Shown here: piece after piece, positions 16,981 to 34,356 of the stretch
Layout of the letters: every line of letters starts with the position of its first letter
Numbering within the stretch: the first letter of the stretch is position 1
Source of the DNA: the human T2T-CHM13v2.0 reference genome, Homo sapiens
Assembly (NCBI RefSeq): GCF_009914755.1
Contig: NC_060927.1
Direction: 5' to 3' (one strand)
Length of the DNA: 64,000 bases
The notes under the pieces: model-generated
What the model saw: only the letters and a program-made list of their open reading frames with translations
What the model was told of the DNA's origin: nothing
The model's database searches: none
Made by a program: the position numbers and the translations under genes

Positions 16981-19003
16981 TAGAGTCCTACCATACCTGT
17001 GTCCATGGTAGCCAGAGTGATGTCTCTCCTTGAAAGGCATTCCAATGACCATGATGGTAACTCAGTAGACATATTAAGAAGATGTGTCTCTTGAGAAGGA
17101 TGAAACCACAGGCATGTTGGTGTCATTTCTCTTTGTGGCAAAGAAAACTGAAGATATCTCATCTTGAATTCATGTTTTATACATCAGTTCACAAAGCAAA
17201 TGTATATATCAGAAGCATTTTTTGAGTTAATATTATGGGTCCTCTGGCTACATTAAAATAGTAACTTGGCCTTTAAACAGAAGGAACAGATAGTAACTTC
17301 TCAGGTGGAACTCTGCTTGGTTAGCTCTCTTCATTGACATAATCCTTATCATTTGTCTGTATTCATTCTAAGAGCAGCATGTATAGATCTGGGCAAGAGA
17401 AGCAATACTATGGTACACCTACTGAATTTCAATTAACGTATGAACATTCTATTTGGAAAGCTTATGGAGGCAGGGGAAGTACAGTTATGAAGATGTAGGA
17501 AGGAAAATAGAGTTATCCTAACACTTTAATTGCCCTGAAATATTCCTAAAATCTTACTATTAGACTGACTCCTTTGGGTTAAATACTAAGATTGGGAGGA
17601 GCAGGTGGGGGAAATCATAGTCTCTGAAAAGATAAAAATGTTACTTAGAAAGAAAGGGTACTGGAAGTGTCACGAAATGGAAGTTCTCTTTAAATTCAAA
17701 TAAGGCTTAAGGTGATCAGATTACCTGGCTGTCATCTTAGAGCACATTTTCACAGGGGTAATAGAGCATGGGAGGTAGACCCATTTGAGTGAAGGCTGGT
17801 GGGAAACACGAGGAGCATGAACTACAGTTTTAAAGGTCTTTAGATGGGTTACTGGAAGTTGGAGATGTCTGCCAGCAGGAATGGGTGGTGGAGGTGGGAA
17901 GGGAGAGAAGATTTCAAGTGAAAGTATTAAAAATAGATGGAGGCCGAATCATTCCTCAGGATTTTTATTTTTCATTTGTAAAACTAGGTTTATCCTGGTT
18001 GGGAAAACTCAGGAAAGATGTTTTTGGATACTTGGAAGTTTGTTTATTTTATTACTTAACAGCATGTTACAGGTTTAGAACTACCAGAGCAAATATGCTG
18101 TTGATTTACCATCCATTCCAGACATGATCATTGATCATGGTACTTTTTTACTGATAAGCTTAGAGTTGGCTTCAGAATCCACCCCATCACATTACTTTTA
18201 GCAGTCACTATCGAATGACTAGGGTTAGCACATTAGTTTGAAAAGCTCATTTATCTCTGCTTGGTTGGAGGCCAAGAGGTATACCTATTATTACTCATGA
18301 GGTATCCCTTAAGAAATCTCTGCTTTGTAGTGCTCACAAAATTTCTGCCAAACCCAGGTTTTTTTTTCCTTTGTTAGTGCCACCTTTTGGCAATACACTT
18401 TGGAGTACGCTTGGCTGGAGATTAACTAGCTTAAAAGCATTTCTCTGATATAGCACATTATTTCACTTTTTCATAGTACTTTGAAAAATTTTTTATTTGA
18501 AGGTAGAGAACTAAGCACTCAATAAATACTTATTCATTTGATTTGCTCCAATGCCTTACATCATCGCCAATGATAAATGATATTCAGAAAGTACAGTTCT
18601 GTACAACTCAGTCCTCATTTTAATGAAAGATTCTAATCTTTTGCATTTAGAGGGAAGTCAGGAAGTTCATCTTTAGTGGTGAGATGTAGAATCTAATGCC
18701 ACATAATTATTCTTATGCAGCTGGTCTACGATGCTATATTATTTAATTATGTTTGGCTTTACAAAGGCCAGATTTTTTAGGTACTTGGAAAAAGAGCCCT
18801 TATCAGCTTCAGTTTCATTGAAATCTCTCTTTCAGAATAAAATGTGTAACTTTAGCCAAAATAGATAGACTCATACCTTGCTTATAATTATTTCCATGTT
18901 TCCCCAACTGTCTTAGAAATTTTTCTGTAAACATGTCATCTGTAGTTGCCTAATTTTGAAATTTTTGAAAGTCAATACCTTCTTCATTACATGCATACAT
19001 TTA

Positions 19004-19342
<339 letters not shown>

Positions 19343-20759
19343 TAAATATTTTCAACTTCTTCAGATATGTAAATGATGTTCCCATTAGGCTGATGTCTGC
19401 CACTGCATCACCATCTGTCTGTTTATTTGTTTATGTGAGCAACATGTATTGAACCTCTAGTGAGAGCCGGAAATGGGGATGGGGATAATAAAAAGATGAC
19501 ACTGAGAGCCTGTGGCATTTCTCCTTTGTTGGTAGCTGCAGAACCAACATCAGCACTCTTTCATTACAGTAACAGGCTAGTCCTCATCTTTTAGTTTAGG
19601 GACCACTGAATTAGTTTTTAATCTAAATCTATATTCTCTTAGGATAGTCTTATATTCCATTCTGTAAGTCATATTATTAATATTAATATTAAGCTCTTTG
19701 TCAACTAAAGTCTTTATATTCTCATAAGAATTGCTGTTAAACCAGATTCCTTTCATGAACTTGTATAATTGATTCTTTTATTCTAAGTACAGTTTACTTC
19801 ATCATCACATAACTTCATGTCATATTTTCAAGCCCAGAGAGAATGTTTTGAATTTCTGTCGTGCTGTTATAGATCTCCAAAATATTGGTCTCCTAAGGAT
19901 TTATAAGCATGCTTTTGTCCTTACATGAATCACTGATAAACATAAGGAACAGGACAAGGCCAGACACAAGCCCAGAAGCATTTTATTTATTCAGTCAGGC
20001 ACAAATCCCCCTAACTCTGCCAACACCTAGCTTATGTTTCTTCATTTATAAGTTTTTTTTTTGAAAGATTTTGTCAAATGTTTCAAGACATTCTTCCTTA
20101 TCTACAAATTTCATTCCTCAAAATTATAAATAAAATTACTTTGGAATAACTTTAGCTCGGAATTGGGGATAGGTCATTTTCAGTTCGTAATATGGAGCAA
20201 AACATGATAGGTATCTAAGAAAGAGAAAGCAGTCATTGTGTCTTAGGATAGATAGGAGATGAAGAAACAGGAAAAAGTGACACAAAAGAGGAAACAATGG
20301 ACATAATTAAAGCAATAGATAATAAAAGCCCAATCAAAGTATGGGGAGTAAAAATGAAAAAATTCTGATGCTTATTGAAAGAAAATATCAATAGAATTTC
20401 TGGACTTTGTTGGGGAATCAATAAAGATTTGAGTACTCAAAAGGAGGAACTTTGCAGGGGCATCTAATATTTCCAGGTTGGGTAAAGAAATAATTTAAGT
20501 AGTTTTCGTTGAAATATTTGTAACATTACATATCATGTAACACTTAATATAGAACAAGAGACATGATTATCAATGTCAATTCCATGTAAATTATAAAGAC
20601 GTAGATGACTCTTTCATTCATAGTACATCAATTTATACTCTTCCCCTAAGCCTTCCCCCACTCCCATCACTTTCAGCTCTCCAAATGTCTGAAACAAAGG
20701 AGTCTACAACTCAAAATGTATAGTAATTGAAGGTTGGAGCAAGAGGTTGAGATTAGAAA

Positions 20760-21440
20760 ATGTTGGAAATCATACAGGAAAAAAAATGGAGGCCTGAAAA
20801 TCATCATTTTAGTTAAGGCAGTAGAGGAACAAGAGGACTGAAACATAGATTAATTGATTAGTGAGGAAGGAGAAACAAAATATAATGCAAGCAAAGCCAA
20901 GGCAATAGTGTTTGGTAAAAGAAAACGGTCAAACCTGTAAAATGTTACCCAAATGAGGTATTCAGACTTGTTTGGAATGACATTATAGGTAACTTTATGT
21001 TGTTATAATAAATTTGAGAGGGTCAGTAACATGTTACCCAATGGTTTGTAAAAACGAAGTGTACTAGAGAGATGGCTGGATTGATAGGAGGAATAGCTGT
21101 GTTCAACTGCTTGTATACTTTATTTTCAGATGGGGGAGATCTGAGAATGTTTGAAGGCAAGAAGGAGAGAGGCTGGTTTAGAGACGGAGGCTGAAACTGC
21201 TAAAGAATTTTTCTTTAATTTAATGTTAATTGCAGGGAAAAAAACATTTGTGGAGATGAGAACACTTGAGATTAAAAGAACAAGAGGAAATCTTATCTTT
21301 AGGACAGAGGACAGAGGCCTCTTTCTCTGAGACTGGGTGGTAATGAAAGTATGTAAACAAGGGTAGCTGAGCAAGATAATGTCAGAGAACTTAGAGTGGT
21401 CACTTCCAGGACTACTAAAGAGTAGTTCCACTAATTTGAA
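20760..21440 (-). mobile_element. L2 fragments
   Basis: Purine-rich, highly decayed sequence with L2 antisense-like motifs; boundaries approximate. Confidence 0.4.
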
Positions 21441-21859
21441 GTATTGGCTTTCCAATACTCACTTGCTCATCTGCTTGTGAACCTTTATTTGGGACTTTGC
21501 TGGTTCATCCTCTATATGACGGTGAACACCCTTAATGTCCCCTTCTCCAAACCTTTGAAAATTCCATTGCAAACAGGTATAAATGGGGAACACAGGCAGG
21601 GTCCCATTTACTGAGGCCCATTTACTTTAGCTGTAAATATGGAGTGATTTAAGAGGCATTAGGAAAGCTTCCTGACTTCAAGCATTTGTTTTACCAATGT
21701 AATAGAGAACTTGAAATTCCACCTTTAAAAATTTATATTTTGTTTTACTAAGTGTCTTTTGAAAATAAAACCTTTCTTGAGGTTTTGTTCTTTTAAGGTG
21801 GCTACAGTTGTTTTTATTTTAATAAATATTTACGTAGGATTGTATTTCTCTTAGAGTTT

Positions 21860-21962
21860 CTGCTTCCTTCATTTCTTCCTTCCTGTTATTTTTCTTCCAT
21901 CCTCTCTTCCTTCCTTCTTTCTTTTCTTCCTTCTTTCTTTCCTTCTCATCTTTGTTTCTTCC
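21860..21962. repeat. CT-rich low-complexity tract, followed by an L2 3' end on the minus strand (to ~22200)
   Basis: (CTTC/CTTT)-rich run, then acaaataatgaacctttacgatgtgccaag...ctggggatac. Confidence 0.6.
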
Positions 21963-22835
21963 ACAAATAATGAACCTTTACGATGTGCCAAGTATTATCT
22001 AAAGCTGGGGATACCAGGATGAATGTGACTCCTCAAATATCTCATCATTTAAAGAGGCACATGTATATCAATTCAACGATAGCATAGTGAAATAACTAGT
22101 ACCATGGAGATGTGTTGGTCAGTGCACCCAACTCAGGAGATTTCCTAGAGGGTAAGAAAGAAGGACGATGTCACTTGGAATATGCAATACTACTTAAAGC
22201 AGGGTGGCTTGGGAGGGGGACGCTGGCAGGTGACCCCCAGCAGTGAGAGGATAGTTATCAGAAGGTAGTAAAACACTGGCGCCACAGAGGGTGCCTATGT
22301 CTGTCCTGAACACAGGAACTTTGAGTAATAGCAAGGCAGGCCATAAACCACAATGCCTAATTCTTGAGCTTCAATGTTTTTATTGACTACCAATGAGCAA
22401 TTAGCACACAACACTATGTGAATCCAACCTAGGGTTAAAATAAAGTGTTTCAATAAATTATATCTCTACTTTCAGACAATAGTGTCATAAATTTGCCAAG
22501 CTGATTTTGGAAGCCAGAATAGTCCACATAAATCCATTTTAACTGGGAAGGTTTAGATCTAATCTCAATTAATAATGAACTTCAAACGGGATGTTGTCTT
22601 TCCTCCAGCAGTTAACCAAATAAATGTAGATCATTTATATTTTGACTTATCCCTAAGGTTCTCATTGTTGACACTGGAATTATTGTCAGTGGCAAAACAC
22701 GAAAGGGGAAAGGGAAGAAGAGAACTTGGAAAATGAATTTAAATCCAACTTTTTCGTACTAAACACTTCCCTTCTGTTCAATTTTGTTATTATTTTCACA
22801 GAGCTATTAAATGTTGCGTTTGGAGTAAATGTCAT

Positions 22836-23857
22836 TAAAAATCCAGAGGCAAATTAGAAAAATAACATCTGAGTTTAATAAGAAAATATGTGCTTTAGAA
22901 CTGTATGAGCTGGTGGAAAGAGAGTTCTCTGTACCACACCCCCACACATGCTCCTAGCGCACGCATTTTCCCAGCCCTTCTTCTTAACAAGATTTTCCGA
23001 CAAAATACCTAGTGACAATGCATTTAACCAATGAAAGAAAATTATCTAGCTGGCTTAGAATTTTATTAGCTGCAATAGTTATGAAGAAACAACACTTTAT
23101 TTTCCCAAAAATGTCCTGTTGGGACATGACGCAAACCATCCTTCAAATTTGTGATTTGAGAAATTGCACATGGTATTTAGCCGTTGCATTCTTTCTAACT
23201 GTCAGCAATGTGCCAGCCAATATTCACATTATAGAACTGGAATACACTAATCTTAGAGATGTTTTAAGGGAAAAATTTTTGTCCCAAATCCACATTAACC
23301 TATAGTTAGAAATGATTTTAGGTTGTTTCCAGGTGATTACTAGAATGTTCAGATGGCCTGATTAATAATAAAAATTAGCTCAGGAAATTGTTGATGATTC
23401 TTCTTTGAACATATTGATCTGAGTGTGCCATTCATTGCCATGGGTTTAGAAATATCTAAGATACTTATTTTCTGTTACATCATAGCTTGATCTGGAACTC
23501 ACTTTAGTAATGATTCTATCTAATAGTTTTAATTCTTTCTTCAGATCAAGGATTTTCATAAACTCTTGGTGAAGTAGGGAAAAGGGATGACTACTGATCA
23601 GTCACATCACCTATTACACTACAGTCAATCCCATGTAAAATCCAGAGGCAAATTAGAAAAATCACATCTGAGTTTATTAAGGAAATATTTGTTTAGAACT
23701 GTACAAGCAGGTGGAAAGAGAATTCTTTGTACTGCAAATCCCATTCACAGATCCCCACTCACTCCCCTCATCCCCATTCCAACCCTTCCCCTTAATTCTC
23801 CAACAGGATATCTAGTGAAAAGCACTTAACCGATGAGAGACAACTGTCTCACTGGCT
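22836..23857 (+). repeat. Diverged ~220-bp direct repeat pair (22836-23055 and 23636-23857)
   Basis: Both copies start aaaatccagaggcaaattagaaaaat(a/c)acatctgagttta and end ...ctagtga...ttaacc(a/g)atga...ctggct. Confidence 0.85.
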
Positions 23858-24639
23858 CCATGAGTGAGTCTAATGTCAGGAGAGCTGGGGGGCTAGTGCA
23901 GAAGGGCATGAACACGGTTTGAAAAACCCCCTGTCCTCACCACACACCAGCAGCCCCTCATGTAGCTGAGAATCACTGATGTATAGACACCTTCATAACA
24001 CTAATTAATCCTGAGCCTAAATAAAAGAAGCTCACATGAGAGACATTTATGCACTTCAGTAAAATTACTACTGAAAACATTTTGCACTGTAGCATAATGT
24101 TTCTTAAGAAAATCATTTGGATACTTTCTTCTTAGATTTCAGTTCCTGGAAAATTTATCTTCCCTAATCAAAGAAACACAAAAATTAAGAATATTAATAA
24201 CAAAATAACTGAAGAAAATAGCATGAAGTGTGGCCAAAGTTCATTGAAGGTGGAGACCAATCATGTTTATGATTTGCTTTGTGTCTTGGCTCTCAGAAAG
24301 CTCAGATTTTTATTTCATATTAATTTGCAGCACTTACCTTTCTTTCAGGTTGCTGCTAAGAATGATCAGTATTGATTGCTCCCATTATTTGACACTTAAG
24401 CTGCTGTTTTTCATTTAATGTTACTTTATATGTCTTTGATTTTAAGTTGTCTCAAATAATTTCTGATACAAAAGAACAATAAATAATACAATAAAAAATA
24501 AAACTGCTCTATTTGTTCCATTTGAGACTGCTCAAGCCTCAACTTTCTTTTCTGATACTTCTTTTTCATTACTCATACCTAATTATTCATGTGTTCTTTC
24601 GATTCTTTCTTAAGATGTCTCTTTCCTGGCTTTTATCCT

Positions 24640-24802
24640 CACCATTTTCTTTTTCTCTCACTTTCTCTCTTTCTTTCTTCTGCCCCATTCCTTCCTTCCT
24701 TCCTTCTTTCCTCCCTCCCTCCCTCTCCTTCCTTCCTTCCTTCCTTCCGCTCTTTCTCCCTTTCTTTCTTTCATCCTTTGATCTCCTCTTTTCTTTCTCT
24801 GT
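24640..24802. repeat. (CCTT)n/(CT)-rich simple repeat adjoining an Alu tail
   Basis: Directly visible pyrimidine tract. Confidence 0.85.
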
Positions 24803-24999
24803 TTTTTTTTTTTTTTTGTTTGTTTTTTTTTTGTTTTTTTTTTTGAGACAGGGCTTTCTTCTGTTGCCCAGGCTACAATGTTTGGCATAATTATGGCTGA
24901 CTGCAGCCTTGACCTTCTTGGATCAAGTAATCCTCCCTCCTCAGCCTCCTGATCAGCTGCAACCACAGGCGTGTAGCACCATTCCTGACTAGTTCTTTT
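24803..24999 (-). mobile_element. AluJ right arm and tail (split by L1)
   Basis: Poly-T, then tgagacaggg...cctcagcctcc...caccattcctgactag, up to the Alu linker. Confidence 0.9.
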
Positions 25000-25208
25000 T
25001 TTTTTTTTATACTTTAAATTTTAGGGTACATGTGCACAATGTGCAGGTTAGTTACATATGTATACATGTGCCATGCTGGTGTGCTGCACCCATTAACAAG
25101 TCATTTAGCATTAGGTATATCCCCTAATGCTATCCCTCCCCCTCCCCCACCCCGCAACAGTCCCCAGAGTGTGATGTTCCCCTTCCTGTGTCCATGTGTT
25201 CTCATTGT

Positions 25209-29050
<3,842 letters not shown>

Positions 29051-29098
29051 TTATTTTGCTCATTAGTTGATGCAGTTTCTTCCTAGCATCAATGGTCT

Positions 29099-30115
29099 TT
29101 ACAATTTGGCATGTTTTTGCAGTGGCTGGTACCGGTTGTTCCTTTCCATGTTTAGTGCTTCCTTCAGGAGCTCTTTTAGGGCAGGCCTGGTGGTGACAAA
29201 ATCTCTCAGCATTTGCTTGTCTGTAAAGGATTTTATTTCTCCTTCACTTATGAAGCTTAGTTTGGCTGGATATGAAATTCTGGGTTGAAAATTCTTTTCT
29301 TCAAGAATGTTGAATATTGGCCCCCACTCTCGTCTGGCTTGTAGAGTTTCTGCCAAGAGATCTGCTGTTAGTCTGATGGGCTTCCCTTTGTGGGTAACCC
29401 GACCTTTCTCTCTGGCTGCCCTTAACATTTTTTCCTTCATTTCAACTTTGGTGAATCTGACAATTATGTGTCTTGGAGTTGCTCTTCTTGAGGAGTATCT
29501 TTGTGGCGTTCTCTGTATTTCCTGAATCTGAATGTTGGTCTGCCTTGCTAGATTGGGGAAGTTCTCCTGGATAATATCCTGCAGCGTGTTTTCCAACTTG
29601 GATCCATTCTTCCCGTCACTTTCAGGTACACCAATCAGACATAGATTTGGTGTTTTCACATAGTCCCATATTTCTTGGAGGCTTTGTCATTTCTTTTTAT
29701 TTTTTTTTTCTCTAAACCTCCCTTCTCACTTCATTTCATTCAGTTCATCTTGCATCACTGATACCCTTTCTTCCAGTTGATCACATCGGCTCCTGAGGCT
29801 TCTGCATTCTTCACGTAGTTCTCGAGCCTTGGCTTTCAGCTCCATCAGTTCCTTTAAGCACTTCTCTGTATTGGTTATCCTAGTTATAAATTCGTCTAAA
29901 TTTTTTTCGAAGTTTTTAACTTCTTTTCCTTTGATTTGAATCTCCTCCAGTAGCTTGGGGTAGTTTGATCGTCTGAAGCTTTCTTCTCTCAACTCGTCAA
30001 AGTCATTCTCTGTCCAGCTTTGTTCCGTTGCTGGTGAGGAACTGCGTTCCTTTGGAGGAGGAGAGGCGCTGTGGTTTTTAGAGTTTCCAGTTTTTCTGCT
30101 CTGTTTTTTTCCCAT
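29099..30115 (-). pseudogene. L1 ORF1, disrupted
   Basis: MGKKQSRKTGNSKN start at 30115; stop at 29726-29728; C-terminal part in 29099..29659. Confidence 0.95.
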
Positions 30116-30696
30116 CTTTGTGGTTTTATCTACTTTTTGTCTTTGATGATGGTGATGTACAGATGAGTTTTTGGTGTGGATGTCCTTTCTGTTGTTAGTT
30201 TTCCTTCTAACAGACAGGACCCTCAGCTGCATGTCTTTTGGAGTTTGCTAGAGGTCCACTCCAGACCCTGTTTGCCTTGGTACCAGCAGCGGTGGCTGTA
30301 GAACAGTGGATTTTCATGAACTGCGAATGCTGCTGTCTGATCATTCCTCTGGAAGTTTTGTCTTGGAGGAGTACCTGGCCGTGTGAGGTGTCAGTCTGCC
30401 CCTACTGGGGGGTGTCTCCCAGTTGGGCTGCTGGGGGGTCAGGGGTCAGGGACCCACTTGAGGAGGCAGTCTGCCCATTCTCAGATCTCCAGCCACGTGC
30501 TGGGAGAGCCACTGCTCTCTTCAATTTTGTCAGACAGGGACATTTAAGTCTGCAGAGGTTACTGCTGTCTTTTTGTTTGTCTGTGCCCTGCCCCCAGAGG
30601 TGGAGCCTACAGATGTGGGCAGGCCTCCTTGAGCATGGTGGGCTCCACCCTGTTCAAGTTTCCTGGCTGCTTTGTTTACCTAAGCAAGCCTGGGCA

Positions 30697-31233
30697 ATGG
30701 TGGGCGCCCCTCCCCCAGCCTCGCTGCCACCTTGCAGTTTGATCTCAGACTGCTGTGCTAGCAATCAGCGAGACTCTGTGGGCTTAGGACCCTCCAAGCC
30801 ATGTGTGGGATATAATCTCCTGGTGTGCCGTTTTTTAAGCCCGTCGGAAAAGCGCAGTATTAGGGTGGGAGTGACCCTATTTTCCAGGTGCCATCTGTCA
30901 CCCCTTTCTTTGACTAGAAAAGGGAACTGCCTGACCCCTTGTGCTTCCCCAGTGAGGCAATGCATTGCCCTGCTTTGGCTCGCTCACAGTGCACTGCACC
31001 CCCTGTCCTGCACCCACTGTCTGGCACTCCCTAGTGAGATGAACCCGGTACCTCAGATGGAAATGCAGAAATCACCCATCTTCTGTGTCGCTCACACTGG
31101 GAGCTGTAGACTGGAGCTGTTCCTATTCGGCCATCTTTGTTCCATAGTTCTTTTATTTTTTTGTAGGGATGTGTTTCATTATGTTGCCCAGACTGTGTTG
31201 AACTCTTGGCCTCAATTAATCCTCCCACCTTAG
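30697..31233 (+). CDS. ORF0: L1 antisense ORF0, open and extended (178 aa), reading out into the Alu left arm; expression unknown
   Basis: [29 protein letters not shown]... matches primate L1 ORF0; ATG in gcaATGG context; lies within track ORF 30238..31233. Confidence 0.6.
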   Translation: MVGAPPPASLPPCSLISDCCASNQRDSVGLGPSKPCVGYNLLVCRFLSPSEKRSIRVGVTLFSRCHLSPLSLTRKGNCLTPCASPVRQCIALLWLAHSALHPLSCTHCLALPSEMNPVPQMEMQKSPIFCVAHTGSCRLELFLFGHLCSIVLLFFCRDVFHYVAQTVLNSWPQLILPP

Positions 31234-31278
31234 CCTCCCAAAGTGCTAGGATTACAGGCATGAGCCACCATGCCCCGC
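31145..31278 (-). mobile_element. AluJ left arm (other half of the split Alu)
   Basis: tttgtagggat...ttgcccag...gcctcccaaagtgctaggattacaggcatgagccaccatgccc. Confidence 0.92.
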
Positions 31279-31561
31279 ACTCTCACCATTTTCACTTACA
31301 ACATTCTAGTCCAAACTTTCCTCATTATTGAATTATTGAAGCTTTCCTAACTGGTGTTTTCCTACCTGACTTCTTTTCTTGTCAATTTTTCTTGTCTCTC
31401 TCTTGTGCATAAATGGGTATTGGTCACCAGAGTGTTCCAAATGGTATGTAGTTATGATTTCATGGTGATCAAGATAGACATGAAAGACAGACATTAAATG
31501 AATAATACTATAAATGTGATGAGCACTGCAACAGAATGTACAGGGTGCACCTCTGATCTCA

Positions 31562-31769
31562 TGTGGGATTTCTCACCTTAGCACTATTGACATTTTGTAC
31601 TGGATAGTTCTATGTTGTGGGGACCGTGCTGTGAACATTGTTCACAGATGACTAGCAGCACTCTGGCCTTTGCTTTCTACATGCTAGAAGTACTCTTCAG
31701 AGCACTCATCAGTTGTGACAAACAAAAGTTTCTTGGGGTGCCAAATTGTCCCTCAGCTGGGAATCACTG
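31562..31769 (+). mobile_element. MER20
   Basis: gcactattgacattttg...cagttgtgacaaacaaaag...gccaaattgtccctcagctgggaatcactg. Confidence 0.8.
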
Positions 31770-33275
31770 TTTAGTCTAGGTAAGTTGGGGCTGAGTTTAG
31801 CATGGAAACATTCAACCTGTGAATAGGCCATTTGAATAGAGAGCTGAAGGATGAATTGGACTTCCTCAACATTAGGGTTGTGGAAGGAAGGGGGTAGGAG
31901 TCTTTGGGAGCTAGGATGGGTCTCAGTGTTCTTGGAAGGGAGCCCAGTACCTGCAAGATCCTGACTGGGAATGAACCTGGGGTCTTCCAAGAACTTAAAG
32001 AAGGCCAATATGAATGAATACATGGAATCTGCTAAGAGATTGGTTACTATCCTGCTGGGAAGTGTAGACCATGCTCAGAACCAAGAGCAGTGGGAAACAC
32101 TGAATGATTTTTGCAAGAAAATGACAAGATATTGAATTCAACCAGGGTAATGGCAAGAATTGGGATAAAGGGGAAGAATGAGCCAACAACAATATCTTTG
32201 GTGAATGAGGGTAGGGCCTGGCAGGTTTGTTGATGACAGCAACGATGAATGTTGAGGGTTACAGCTAATTGGCTGATTGCATAAGCCTCAGAAGCAAGGT
32301 ATGTGTGCATATATGCATTGTCTATCTATATATTTTAATAAGGGGTCAATTTTGAGTAATGGAAGACCATTGTAGGATAACACCAGTTATCCCTCCTAAC
32401 CTTGAAATTCAAAAGGAGGGGAGGTGGGAGTGTAGCAGAAACTACAGCCTCCACTGGAGAGGATTGCAGAGGATGCATTCTTAGAGGAGATAAGGGAAGA
32501 GAGGCAACATATGTTCAAAAGGCTGAGGATTTGAGGGAGTTTTCTCTTCACTGAAACTCCTGAGGATACTGCTGAAGGCAGGGAAAAGGGGTAGAGTCAG
32601 AGTTAGAGGGTAAAGAGGTTCAGATTGTTTGAGGGATGACAGTTTAGATGTCTGGGGATTCTCTTCCTTTGGCAAATAAGAAGGGAGGGAAGGCTGGGGG
32701 TGTGGTCCATGGTGGATTAGCTCTGAGCATCTTACAAGGAATAGTGGGCACTTGGATCTAACAGGGAGACCTAGAGATTTTAGTATCTTGAAATAAATCT
32801 TCCCAAACTGCCACTTTTATAATGTTACTCTCTATCCTCTTTCTCCTGCTCTCATCCTGAAACCTGACAAACAGTCAGGATCAGGATCTTCTTCTTTGCC
32901 TGGGCTTATTGTTATCATGCCTTGTTCTCTGTCTTTCCTCCATACCCCCAGTCTGGCTTTTCTTCTTTAAATCCTACCCATTTTTAAAAGCCTCACACAT
33001 ATCCTGCCTCTTTCATGGCATCTTCCCAGGCCACTGTGCCCACAAATGTTACCTACTCTTCTTAATTGGCAATTAATTCAAAACTGCCTTGGGGGCTTGT
33101 TTTGTACTGATATATAACTCACATATTAAATTTTCACGGGTATAAATTGGTTGTTTCTAAAGTTAAATAGCAAATTCATTGAAAGCTGATCAGATTCTGT
33201 GCCTCTTATTATACCCTAAAAGTCCTAAAATGATATTTGACACACAAAAGTTATTTAACTGTTTAATTAATGCAT
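31770..33275. mobile_element. Decayed L2-like fragments
   Basis: Purine-rich then pyrimidine-rich decayed segments with an L2-like 3' end near 33240-33275; boundaries uncertain. Confidence 0.35.
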
Positions 33276-34356
33276 TTGTTAAAATAGATATCACTTTCCC
33301 AGAAAAATGCAGGGGAGTGTTGGTGTCAGTGTTATGTGGCATGTGGACTCAGAGTGTGAATCTGCCTGTGCATCCACCATATTGCTTATCTTACAGAAAA
33401 CACATTGTCCTCTCTCAGATGACTCGATATAGGTTGGCAACTTCAAGACTTTAACGTTAGCAGCAGGGAGGCAAGAGCAGCTCTATGCATCGATGGAGTG
33501 GTCACGAAAGCAAGGAAGGCCCTGACCCAGCCAGACCATGTGAGGGGGGACTATAAGTACACTGGGACCAGGGGAAGAAGCAAGAGGGTAAGATATATTA
33601 AAAGGAGGTGACTATTATTCAACAAATTGCCCCAGGTTTGTGTTCTAAAGTTTAAATTGTGAACTGCTGCAAGAAATATTTCAGAGAGAGTGAGCAAATT
33701 TTCAGTTATCAGTGAACAGATTTTTATTTGATGTAGTCACAATGAGGAAATACACATTCTCAAATTGACTTTTCCAGACCTTTAGGTGAACACAATGGGT
33801 GTGAGGAAAAGGGAGTTTGATCTCAGCAAAGAAAGGAAGAATGGAGGTGTGTGAATATTTGCTTGACCACTTCAGATGTTCTCAAACAAAAATGTAGTTT
33901 TAACTGTATTATAAAATGACAACAGGTTTGTAAACTATCTTTCCCATGAATACAGATGATGGTAGATCAATTTTCCCACCCTGTCTTTGGTTGCTCTTTA
34001 GCAGTTGAAAGATTTTTCCATCTCCCTCTGGGTTGAGGATGGGGGCAGTAGAGCTGTAAACCAGGCAGAAACACTTTAACAATCATCTCACTGATGCCAA
34101 GCATGATGGGAGGGTTATTTCATCATCTTTCCATGTTACCTTTCTATTATTCCAGCTCCTGTTCATTTTCACCTTTAAAAATAACATTGATGTGTGCTGA
34201 GTCCCTCAGCAAACCTGAAACTGAGAACCTGCTGTGTTTAGACTTCAAGTTAGTTTTCCAGGTCTTATTGCCTCACCTGGGTTCTGGAGTCATAATCCAA
34301 ATCTAAACCTATGTTCAGCTCAGAAATTACTACCAATTTGGAATAGGCTAATGCAG

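Noticed and set aside
22277-22296. Second CTCF-like motif GCCACAGAGGGTGC
   Set aside because: Spacing is one base short and several core positions mismatch
24513-24966. Hydrophobic and Lys/Glu-rich ORFs of 85-125 aa
   Set aside because: Translations of (CCTT)n, poly-T and Alu sequence
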